Origin: Coraliomargarita sp.
GTDB taxonomy: Bacteria; Verrucomicrobiota; Verrucomicrobiia; Opitutales; Coraliomargaritaceae
Direction: 5' to 3'
NCBI GenBank assembly: GCA_965216325.1
Contig: OZ244160.1
Location: forward strand, 736,001 to 800,000
DNA: 64,000 nucleotides
Below are positions 1 to 14,264 of this stretch, piece after piece. The notes under the pieces are model-generated. The model ran no database searches. It saw only the letters and a program-made list of their open reading frames with translations, and had not been told where the DNA came from. Made by a program: the position numbers and the translations under genes. Within the stretch, counting starts at the first letter, position 1. Each line of letters opens with the position of its first letter.

Positions 1-5391
<5,391 letters not shown>

Positions 5392-5558
5392 GGTTAAAGG
5401 GGGAGTCGTGGACGAAGTGAAAGTTTGAATGCACACGAATTTGGACGAATGTCCAATCAGAGGGATTATTTAGGGTGATATTTTGTGCAGTATATGAAGC
5501 AAGGTTCAAATTATTGAAACATTTAGGCGAGCGTGCGCGATGGAGAGGGTGCAAACCT

Positions 5559-5684
5559 ATGAATCAGTTCATTCCCGCACTCAGTTTCGGCTCTTTTGAC
5601 CTTTTGGGCGAAGCACTTTTCTTTGTGATTATCGTTGCTTGGCTCGCGATTATGCTACGACACCGAAGACGAGATGGATCTTAG
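5559..5684 (+). CDS. Possible small single-pass membrane protein (41 aa)
   Basis: MNQFIPALSFGSFDLLGEALFFVIIVAWLAIMLRHRRRDGS has a hydrophobic helix and basic tail, with purine-rich GGAGAGGG upstream. Confidence 0.35.
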   Translation: MNQFIPALSFGSFDLLGEALFFVIIVAWLAIMLRHRRRDGS

Positions 5685-7987
5685 TTTTTTTGTTCGGCTG
5701 CGTTGCGCAGGCGTGCTTGCAGGTGAGTACGTCGGATTTCGGTTTTGTTGTTTTTGACTGCCATAGAGTAGGCATCAATCGAGCCGACGAGGTAAACCTT
5801 ACTGCGAGCACGTGTGATACCTGTGTAGACCAGATTGCGCTGCAGCATCATGAAGTGCTGTTTCAGCAATGGGATGACGACGACGGGATACTCGCTTCCT
5901 TGGGACTTGTGGATGCTGATTGCGTAGGCGAGTTGGATCTCGGAGAGCTCACCTTTAGTGAATTCGACTGCTTCACCTGAGAAATCAACAGTCAGTCCAG
6001 AGCTGTCGGCGGCGATACTCTGGATGATTCCCGTATCGCCGTTGAAGATGCCCTTGTCGTAATTGTTGCGCGTCTGGAGGACTTTATCGCCGATACGGTA
6101 GGTTGTAGTTCCGTAGGGGAGTTCAGCAGGTAGGGGCTTGCGTGTCTTTTCGCGAAAGTGAGATTGCCGGGCTGGAACGTAATCGGGATCGGAACGCAGC
6201 CGTGAGAGGGCTTTTTCCTTGCTGTTCAGGCTTTGCTGGAGAGCCGTGTTTAGGGCTGCAATGCCTCCGGTTCCACGGTGCATGGGGGAGAGGATCTGCA
6301 GATCCTTGATGGGATCGATCTGATGCGCCTTTGGAATGTATTCACGGGCCAAATACGTAATGGCCTTTGCGCATTGTTCGGCATCGTCAGCCTCGATAAA
6401 AGTGATGTCGTTACTCGAATCCAAGTCGCGCAGGCTGGTTACGGTTTTGCCGGGATGGGATTCGCCTTTGAGAATCGAATGCGCGGTGGTAATGATGCCA
6501 CTGGTCTCGCCTTGGCGAAAAATGGTATCGAGTCGTGTGACTTTGGCTGGGGGGGCGGCCATTAGATCACCTAGCACGTTGCCGGAACCGACCGATGGTA
6601 GTTGATCTGCGTCGCCGACGAGGAGTAGATGTGCCGAGCTCGGAATGGCATCAAAGAGATTCGCGGCAAGTCGCGTGTCGAGCATGCTGGCTTCGTCAAC
6701 GATTAGAAGGTCGCAGGGCAGGGGATTGTCCTCGTTGTAAACGAACTCGCGCGTTGCACCGTCGTATTTGAGCAGGCGATGGATGGTGCTGGCTGGTGCG
6801 CCGGCTGCCTCGGAGAGCCGTTGTGCGGCACGCCCTGTTGGCGAAGCTAGTAGGATGCGACTGCGCTTGGCGCGCACAATGTCGACGATTGCACGTAGGA
6901 TCGTGGTTTTACCGGTGCCCGGGCCGCCGGTAATGATCGCAATTTTGGCCTGCAGAGACTGCTTGAGTGCGGCGGCTTGTTGGTCCGCAAAAGTGAAGCC
7001 TGCCTTGTTCTGGGCCCATGCAACCGCGGCATCGACTTTGATTGGGGGAATCGTGGATGTCGTCTCGTGGATGCGGTGTAGTGCTGTCGCAATCCGTTTC
7101 TCGGCACCCGCCAGTGGGGGCCGTTGGCAGGCGGGCCCGATGACTTCCTGTTTTTCGTTGTATGCAGTTACTGAATACAGTTTTTCTCGTTCAATGAGGG
7201 CACGGATACGCTGCTGTATGAGGTGTGGTTCAACGCCTAGCAGTTTGATCGCGTATTCTTCGATCGCTTGCTGGGTGCCTAGCGTATGACCCTCATCTTC
7301 GAGGTTCTGCATCGTGTGCAGTATGCCGGCGTCGACGCGCTCCTTGCTGTTGGTTGGGAAGCCTAGATTGAGAGCGAGTTTATCGGCAGTTTTGAAGCCA
7401 ATACGTTCGATATCTTCGGCAAGACGGTAAGGCTCGTCCTGTAGGATGCGCTTAGCGCCGCTGCCGTATTTTTTGACCAAGCGCACACACTGAGATGGGG
7501 TGACGCCATAGGTTTGCAGAAACATCATGACGTCGCGCACGGCTGCTTGTTCGTCCCAAGCCGCCTTAATTGATTTAGCGCGGGTCTTGCCGATGCCCGG
7601 CACCTCATGCAGACGACCGGAGTCTTCGCTGATGACTTTCAGGGTGTCGGCTCCGAAATGGTCGACGATCTTCTTGGCGTATGATTTGCCGATGCCATGC
7701 ACCATCCCGCTGCCCAGATACTTACGAATGCCGTGAATGGAGGCGGGGAGTTGCGATTTGAAATTGGCGATTTTGAATTGGTCGCCGTGTGTTGCGTGCT
7801 TGGTCCATTGACCGCTCAATTTGAGGGTTTCGCCACATTGCACGCCCGGCAGATTGCCGAGCACGGTGATCGGTTGTTTGCCCTCAGCAACAGAGAGTTC
7901 AGCCACGCAGTAGGCATTCTCTTCGTTGAAGAAGATGATGCGTTCAAGAACGCCGGTGAGGCTTTGTTCGTGGGCTGAGTCAGACAT
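5681..7987 (-). CDS. recD2: ATP-dependent RecD2-family DNA helicase
   Basis: 768 aa; N-terminal OB/HhH region, GGPGTGKTT, VDEASM, VGDADQLPSVG, AYAISIHKSQGSEY. Confidence 0.93.
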   Translation of the reverse strand: MSDSAHEQSLTGVLERIIFFNEENAYCVAELSVAEGKQPITVLGNLPGVQCGETLKLSGQWTKHATHGDQFKIANFKSQLPASIHGIRKYLGSGMVHGIGKSYAKKIVDHFGADTLKVISEDSGRLHEVPGIGKTRAKSIKAAWDEQAAVRDVMMFLQTYGVTPSQCVRLVKKYGSGAKRILQDEPYRLAEDIERIGFKTADKLALNLGFPTNSKERVDAGILHTMQNLEDEGHTLGTQQAIEEYAIKLLGVEPHLIQQRIRALIEREKLYSVTAYNEKQEVIGPACQRPPLAGAEKRIATALHRIHETTSTIPPIKVDAAVAWAQNKAGFTFADQQAAALKQSLQAKIAIITGGPGTGKTTILRAIVDIVRAKRSRILLASPTGRAAQRLSEAAGAPASTIHRLLKYDGATREFVYNEDNPLPCDLLIVDEASMLDTRLAANLFDAIPSSAHLLLVGDADQLPSVGSGNVLGDLMAAPPAKVTRLDTIFRQGETSGIITTAHSILKGESHPGKTVTSLRDLDSSNDITFIEADDAEQCAKAITYLAREYIPKAHQIDPIKDLQILSPMHRGTGGIAALNTALQQSLNSKEKALSRLRSDPDYVPARQSHFREKTRKPLPAELPYGTTTYRIGDKVLQTRNNYDKGIFNGDTGIIQSIAADSSGLTVDFSGEAVEFTKGELSEIQLAYAISIHKSQGSEYPVVVIPLLKQHFMMLQRNLVYTGITRARSKVYLVGSIDAYSMAVKNNKTEIRRTHLQARLRNAAEQKN

Positions 7988-8049
7988 TTGGGAAACCAGA
8001 GCAATAGGTGCTCATACGGATAGGTCAACTCGCAGTGAGGTTCTGGCAC

Positions 8050-8077
8050 AAAAAAGCCCTCATTGCTGAGGGCTTTA
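8050..8077 (-). terminator. Rho-independent terminator after the 8086-9501 gene
   Basis: AAAAAGCCCTCA-TTGC-TGAGGGCTTT hairpin with a T-run on the minus strand. Confidence 0.75.
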
Positions 8078-8085
8078 GACAGGAA

Positions 8086-9501
8086 TTAGAGTGACGTTGG
8101 TGGAGGCAAGCGAGGTGGTGTGTTTGGCGGCACACTTCCGGTTGGCGCGATTGGTGCATCGTTCATGGTCAGAACGATATCGTCGAATTCGATATCGCCA
8201 ATGACCTGAAGGCCCCCGAAGGAGTTGGGTGATGCTTGAACCGTGTGAACTGAATTTCTGTCAGTGCCTGGGACATATTTAGCGCTCTGGATCGTGCTAC
8301 CTGTTTGTGCTTCTGGGATGAAGCGGTAGATGACGTAGCGGCGCTCGATGTCGTCGAACATTTGGAGCATATGCCCGTGTCCTGGTTGAATGCGTGCGCT
8401 GTAGGAGTCTTCAATCTCGAGGAAGTAGGATTCCGGGACATGAATGACTTCCTTGCCGGCATTTGCCAGATAAGGCTTGTAATCACCCGCTGAAGCTAAT
8501 TCGACGCGCTGCACCATTCCCTGCTCGTCGGTATAGCTTGCAATGCCTGTTTGCTCGGGTTCAGAGAAGTAGGTTGGTAGCGTATCAAGCATGTAGACTT
8601 GGAGGGTTCCCGGTACAGATGTCGCATATTCAGCCGTGATTGAGCGCATTTGGGTCGCTTTGCGCAGATCCATGACAATTACCGATTCTTCGTTGGTGGG
8701 GAATTGGTAGTTGGTGGTGGGATCCTCGTCGATGAGAGCAAAGACGCGGTCCATTGTGCCGCCGCTGACGTAGAGGATGCGCGATCCGGTGTGTGCGCCA
8801 CCAAAGTCATAATCGATGATCGGGGACTGTGCGCGTGTCACATCGTCGGATTCGTCTCCCTTGCCAAATTCGATGCTGGCTTGGTTGATGTTGAGTGGTC
8901 CGGTGATGCCGAAATTGCCAATCAGTCCAGTGCCCGAGATGTCGAAGCGAACGAGAACGAAGCGCGTTTCAATCTCGGGGAAGCGTGTAGACGGCATTAC
9001 TCCATCGTGAAATTCCACGGGATTACTCAGTTTTCGCCATTTGTTGCTGCTGGTCGGTTCAAGTGTGTCCGAGGAAAACAGCTGGAAGGAACCACTCGCG
9101 CTTTCGTTGGTGAGGTAGAAGCGCGATATTTGAGTAAATTGCCCCAAATCGACGATGTAATTGTGGGTGCCTTGTCGAATTTCGTAGGTGAGCGCGGAAT
9201 TGTCGCTCAAAAACACTGATTCATCAAAGAAGCCGACGTCTGGGACTTGGATTTGCTGGAATTGCTCATCTTGTTCCAAAACGAGTGATGCTCCCATGTG
9301 CCAACGAGCCAGGTTTTTGGGAATGCGCTCTAAATCGGCTTCGGTCGCATCAGGGACGCGATAGAGGTCAATGTAGGGCGTATTTTTCGCGGAGAGTGAG
9401 CTGGTTGTAGCCAGCATTGCGCATGTTGCCAAAGCTAGGAAACATGCGCCGAGTGAAGTGCCTGATGCTGCACGACTTGGTGACGTGATGGTAGTGCTCA
9501 T
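8086..9501 (-). CDS. Secreted hypothetical protein, possibly with two discoidin/galactose-binding-like domains and a Pro-rich tail
   Basis: 471 aa; signal-peptide-like N-terminus; repeated IVDLG/IVMDLR...TRFVLVRF/RRYVIYRF pattern; divergent from the polysaccharide export block. Confidence 0.6.
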   Translation of the reverse strand: MSTTITSPSRAASGTSLGACFLALATCAMLATTSSLSAKNTPYIDLYRVPDATEADLERIPKNLARWHMGASLVLEQDEQFQQIQVPDVGFFDESVFLSDNSALTYEIRQGTHNYIVDLGQFTQISRFYLTNESASGSFQLFSSDTLEPTSSNKWRKLSNPVEFHDGVMPSTRFPEIETRFVLVRFDISGTGLIGNFGITGPLNINQASIEFGKGDESDDVTRAQSPIIDYDFGGAHTGSRILYVSGGTMDRVFALIDEDPTTNYQFPTNEESVIVMDLRKATQMRSITAEYATSVPGTLQVYMLDTLPTYFSEPEQTGIASYTDEQGMVQRVELASAGDYKPYLANAGKEVIHVPESYFLEIEDSYSARIQPGHGHMLQMFDDIERRYVIYRFIPEAQTGSTIQSAKYVPGTDRNSVHTVQASPNSFGGLQVIGDIEFDDIVLTMNDAPIAPTGSVPPNTPPRLPPPTSL

Positions 9502-9722
9502 CGTATCGATCGGTTATATTTTATGAGTGGAAGGGCGTATTCTTTATCTGAATATTACGTAAGCTCTTGAAATAATGCAACATTTGAATTCCCTTTTAAG
9601 CTAAATTAATGCTTTACGGACGAAGCTGCTCAGCACTATTGTTTAATACTGCTGAAGCTTAATCTACGTTAGAATTCTAGCGGCGTTAAGTGCTAACCAA
9701 AAACTCTACGAATTATATCACG

Positions 9723-11054
9723 ATGAAGCCATTGCTGTCTTCTCTTTTTTCGCGCCGTTCGGTGGCGCGTCGTGGCCTGATTTGGCCCTCAATTTTGCTG
9801 CTTCCGTCAGCATGGCTTGCCGCTGATTTTCGCGACGAATTGTATGAGGTCCCGGATTATGCGCCGTTTATTCTGGATGAGCGTGTCGAGCGCGAGGATT
9901 ACAATTTTAAATACGGTCCACTCATGATTGATGTGATTGGAACCTTTGGGATTGAGTATGACGACAACATCAACACGTCTGAAAACAATGAGATTGATGA
10001 CTGGATTCTCCAACCGGGTGTGTCGTTTGGCCTGAAGTGGCAGATTAACGAGCAGCAGGAGCTGGATTTGAATATCGGCCTGGAGTATTGGTATTATCTG
10101 GATGAATCCGATCTGAATGATTTTGACCAGCAGTTGAATATCACGCCGGACACGGAGCTCTCATTCCGTGTGCTGGTCGGGGATATGGTGTTTCGGGTAT
10201 ATGATCAGATTAATTATACCTCAGACTCTACGGATGCGGTTGTTTTAGATGATATGGGAAATCCGGTAAGCACGGATGCGACAACCTTCTCCCGCTATAC
10301 CAATGTCGTTGGTGTGCAGAGTGAGTGGTATATCACGGAGTATGCCTTCAAGGCGCAAATCAGTCGCAAGGATGTGTGGAGCACGGAAGACGAATTTGAA
10401 TATATCGACCGTCATGAGCACAAGTTTGCGCTAAATATGGAGCGTGACTTTGCCGCCAATTTTATGGCCGGGGTCGGCGCATCGTATGCGGATTTTGAGT
10501 ATGATGAGGATGTCAATGACAGTGGTGATGTCTTTACCATCGGTCCGTATATGGACTGGAGAATTACCGATGTGATTGCTCTCTATGTGGGCGTGGCATG
10601 GAATCGTGCGGACTTCGATGAAGATGGCTTAGTCAGTGATGAAGGCTCTGGCTTCGGTGACGAAGATAAGTATGAGGAGTTTTCTGGGACCGCTCGTCTG
10701 TCGCACACGGTGAATGAAGTCTACAATCATCAATTGGAATTCTACCGTATCCCGCAGATGTCGGATTCGTCCAACTACGAAGAGCTGGACGGTATTCGCT
10801 ACTCCTTCGCGTATAATATCAATTCGCGCATTCGCTTGGATGGGGATGTTGCTTATGAGGAGAGTGATAGTTCTGGTGGTCTTATCGATGATGACGATTA
10901 TGACCGTTGGGTGGCAGGTATTGGCACTGAAGTTGTGCTTGGGCCGCGTCTTACCGGTCGCTTTGCCTATCGTTACATTGACAAAGATTCCGACGCAGAC
11001 TTCCGCAGTTACGAGCGTAATCGCTTTCGTATTCTGTTTGAATATGACTTCTAA
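9723..11054 (+). CDS. Outer-membrane beta-barrel protein, polysaccharide-export associated
   Basis: Signal peptide, acidic/aromatic alternating strands, C-terminal FEYDF; first gene before wza/wzc. Confidence 0.8.
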   Translation: MKPLLSSLFSRRSVARRGLIWPSILLLPSAWLAADFRDELYEVPDYAPFILDERVEREDYNFKYGPLMIDVIGTFGIEYDDNINTSENNEIDDWILQPGVSFGLKWQINEQQELDLNIGLEYWYYLDESDLNDFDQQLNITPDTELSFRVLVGDMVFRVYDQINYTSDSTDAVVLDDMGNPVSTDATTFSRYTNVVGVQSEWYITEYAFKAQISRKDVWSTEDEFEYIDRHEHKFALNMERDFAANFMAGVGASYADFEYDEDVNDSGDVFTIGPYMDWRITDVIALYVGVAWNRADFDEDGLVSDEGSGFGDEDKYEEFSGTARLSHTVNEVYNHQLEFYRIPQMSDSSNYEELDGIRYSFAYNINSRIRLDGDVAYEESDSSGGLIDDDDYDRWVAGIGTEVVLGPRLTGRFAYRYIDKDSDADFRSYERNRFRILFEYDF

Positions 11055-11069
11055 GCGCTATAAGTCTGC

Positions 11070-12011
11070 GTGATGTTTTCTTATATTCGACTCATCGCGG
11101 TAGTCTGCGGTCTGTTCTGCGCTAGCTGGATTTCAGTCTATGCTGAGGCTGATTCCTCCGCGGTGGAATCGACTTCAGATGTGGCCGCGAGCCCCAATCA
11201 AATGTCTTTGTTGGACGATGAATGGCAGTTGAAGGTCGGGGATCGTGTGATTTATGAGGTGCTTGAAGAGCAGGAAGATCCGGGGATTCTGATCGTTAAT
11301 GGTAATGGGCAGTTGTTGGTGCCATTGGTTGGGCTCATTCCGGCTGAGGGAAAGACCAGCCGGCAGCTGGCCTATGAGATCAAAAAGGAATTGGAAGTGG
11401 ATTTCTTTTATCGAGCGACTGTGTTGATCTCGCAGCGACAAGAAGATCGAAATCGCGGTCGAGTGGCTATTTTGGGGGAAGTGAATCGCCCAGGCGAGCA
11501 AGTCATTCCTCCTGATTCGCCGCTTAGTCTCACTCAAGCACTCCTTCTGGCGGGAGATTTTACTCTGGAGGCAGATCGTTCGAATGTTACGGTGGTCCGA
11601 GGGGGCACGGGTTCCGAGGAATCTCAGATTGTCGATGTGGATGCCATGCGGCGCAGTGGTGATTTTTCCAGTGATGTCTTAATGCAGGCAGGGGACATGG
11701 TGATTGTTTCACGCTCGGATGAGCTGGAGCGACACGTCTATGTGCTGGGCGCTGTTCAGACACCGGGGCTCTATCCTTTAGTGAGTGAGAAGGTAACACT
11801 CAGTCAGATGATCTTGGTAGCGGACGGTTTTACTCGATTTGCTAAGAAGAACCGTGTGCGTTTAATCAAGACCGACGAAAACGGAGACCAGCAGGAAACT
11901 GAGGTGAATGTTGGTAAGATTCTCGATGGTGGAGCTCGGGACAATGATCCGATTGTCGAGTCTGGAGACATGATCATTGTTGATGAAAAGATGATCAGTT
12001 TTACGGGCTAA
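11070..12011 (+). CDS. wza: Polysaccharide export protein (Poly_export + two SLBB domains)
   Basis: LKVGDRV...VPLVGLIPAEGKT; ILGEVNRPG; VLGAVQTPG. Confidence 0.85.
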   Translation: MMFSYIRLIAVVCGLFCASWISVYAEADSSAVESTSDVAASPNQMSLLDDEWQLKVGDRVIYEVLEEQEDPGILIVNGNGQLLVPLVGLIPAEGKTSRQLAYEIKKELEVDFFYRATVLISQRQEDRNRGRVAILGEVNRPGEQVIPPDSPLSLTQALLLAGDFTLEADRSNVTVVRGGTGSEESQIVDVDAMRRSGDFSSDVLMQAGDMVIVSRSDELERHVYVLGAVQTPGLYPLVSEKVTLSQMILVADGFTRFAKKNRVRLIKTDENGDQQETEVNVGKILDGGARDNDPIVESGDMIIVDEKMISFTG

Positions 12012-12046
12012 TTTGACGGCATCGCGATTACTTTTATACGACTCAT

Positions 12047-14230
12047 ATGGACGATCTCTTTCAGGATAAGCCAGATCAAGGCGCAGTGGATTACGCTGAA
12101 GTGATCTACAAATACATTTATCGAACAAAAATTGCACTTCGGGCTTATTGGTGGATTCTTCCAATTGCGCTATTGCTCGGGGTGGCAGCGATGGGCTTGA
12201 AGGCGTATTTTAGTGATGACGTGTTCAAGTCTGAATCGCGAATGATCGTGAACGGCCGGATTTCGTTACCTGATGGTGAAGTATATACAGAGGAGCGGGA
12301 TAACTTTTTCGGCACACAGATCGAGCTGATTCAGAGTGATCTAGTTAAGCACCGAGCGATTGAACGTGTTCGTCTCTCGCACCCTGAGCTGCATGCGGCC
12401 TTAGTGCAAACGCCAGCGTATGATAAGATTGGCTTCAAGTGTCTGGAGGTCGATGCTGACATTAAAGAAGACACGAATGTATTTGATATCTTTGCGTTTG
12501 GTCCGGATCTAGAGCACATCAGCGTGTATCTGGATGCCATCATGGAGGAATACGTAAATCGTCGGCGCGAGATGCGCTCGATGACCTCTGAGAAGTCTTA
12601 TGACTTCATTGTTGGGCAGATGAAGGAACTTGAAGCGGAAATCGCGGCGGGAGAAGATTCTCTGGTCGAGTTTCAGGAGAAGAATAACATTGTCTTTATT
12701 CAGGAGCAGGGTTCTGCGGCCGGCACTTATTTGATTGAGTTAAAGCGCCGACATGCGGAACTGACGACTGAACGTCGAACTCTGGATGCCATTCTGAATG
12801 ACGGAGATGTGGATAGTGTTTTGCTCGATCAGCTCTTAGAGGAATACGGTCAGGTTGGTGAAGGATTGGAGCGTCCCGGGCGCTCAACTGAGACACTCTC
12901 GACGATTTTCGGCACCAAAGAAGACAATCAGCGCTATATGAATAGCAAGGAGCAGGTTGCCCTATTGGAAGCACAGTTGGAGGAGTTTTCGATCTACTTA
13001 AAGCCCAAGCACCCTAAAATTATTGGCTTCAAGACCGCAATTGAGCGGAAAGAGAATCAGTTGGCCATCCAGCGCAAGCAAACCCTCCAGCGTGTCGAGG
13101 AGCGGCGTCGCGTCGTTGAAAGTAAAATTTCCAGCCTCGATAAAGAGATTGAAATTTGGGAGGATAGTGCCTTGGAGAATGGGCGTTTAATTGCTGAATT
13201 TGAGCGCTTAAAGTCGCGTCTGGATCGGTCCAAAGAGGCCTACGAGCGAAATCAAGAGTCGTTGCGGGCAATTGATAGCAACCAGGACAATCAGTATGAG
13301 AGTGTCAGTGTGTTTGAGCAGGCGAGTAGTGGAGTTCCTGCGAATAGTGGGATGCCGAAGCAGTTAGTTATTGGTGGCATCTTAGGCTTAGGTTTTGGAG
13401 TCTTTTTGATTGGTGGTCTTGCGTCTTTTGACAATCGTATCATCTCTGCGAATGATCTGGAGGAGCACTTTGATTATCCTTTGCTCGGCGCGATCCCATT
13501 TGAGGGAGAGTCTGAAGATAGTGAAAAGGTCCTGCTACAGAAAGATGATGTGCGCTATGTGTTCGCCGAGGCGTGTCGCAATCTGCGCACCTCGGTGCTC
13601 TTCGTCGGTGAAGGGGGATTTCAACCTCGAACCTTTGCGGTGACGAGTGCGATTCCGTCGGAAGGTAAGTCCACTGTGTCAGCAAATCTGGCAGTTGCGC
13701 TCTCATTTTCACATTCGAAGGTGCTGATTATCGATGCCGATTTACGTCGAGGTCGTTTACATCATTTGTTTAAATGCTCACGGGAAAAGGGCCTGATGCA
13801 CTTACTGCAAGGTGAGGCAAGCTTTGAGGAGGTAGTCCAGAAAACGAACTATGACTATCTGGATATCATCTCGATCGGGGGCTATCCCCAGCATCCAGCG
13901 GAGTTGCTGATGAGCAAGCATATGGATACCCTGATTGAGGAGGCTCAGGCTAAATACGATTTTATAATCTTTGATACAGCTCCGATCCTCGCGACCGATG
14001 ACACGACGAGTTTTGCGAGCAAGCTAGATACAGTTCTGTTTGCAATTCGCTCGCAGCATACACAAGTGCGTCAGATCAAGCCGGCAATTGGCCGTTTGAG
14101 TGAGCGTAATATCCGTGTGTCGGGCCTGATTCTAAATTTTGTAGACCTGACTCAACCGGGATACTATTACTATCGTTATTCAGAGTATTACTCAGATTCC
14201 GGTAAGCGGGATGAACTCGTGGCGAAGTAA
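12047..14230 (+). CDS. wzc: Polysaccharide co-polymerase / BY tyrosine kinase
   Basis: Two TM segments flanking a coiled coil; AIPSEGKST, IIDADLRR, IFDTAP; C-terminal tyrosine cluster GYYYYRYSEYY. Confidence 0.92.
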   Translation: MDDLFQDKPDQGAVDYAEVIYKYIYRTKIALRAYWWILPIALLLGVAAMGLKAYFSDDVFKSESRMIVNGRISLPDGEVYTEERDNFFGTQIELIQSDLVKHRAIERVRLSHPELHAALVQTPAYDKIGFKCLEVDADIKEDTNVFDIFAFGPDLEHISVYLDAIMEEYVNRRREMRSMTSEKSYDFIVGQMKELEAEIAAGEDSLVEFQEKNNIVFIQEQGSAAGTYLIELKRRHAELTTERRTLDAILNDGDVDSVLLDQLLEEYGQVGEGLERPGRSTETLSTIFGTKEDNQRYMNSKEQVALLEAQLEEFSIYLKPKHPKIIGFKTAIERKENQLAIQRKQTLQRVEERRRVVESKISSLDKEIEIWEDSALENGRLIAEFERLKSRLDRSKEAYERNQESLRAIDSNQDNQYESVSVFEQASSGVPANSGMPKQLVIGGILGLGFGVFLIGGLASFDNRIISANDLEEHFDYPLLGAIPFEGESEDSEKVLLQKDDVRYVFAEACRNLRTSVLFVGEGGFQPRTFAVTSAIPSEGKSTVSANLAVALSFSHSKVLIIDADLRRGRLHHLFKCSREKGLMHLLQGEASFEEVVQKTNYDYLDIISIGGYPQHPAELLMSKHMDTLIEEAQAKYDFIIFDTAPILATDDTTSFASKLDTVLFAIRSQHTQVRQIKPAIGRLSERNIRVSGLILNFVDLTQPGYYYYRYSEYYSDSGKRDELVAK

Positions 14231-14264
14231 GGTAGTGGTATAAAGCGAGGTATTAGAATCGGGT

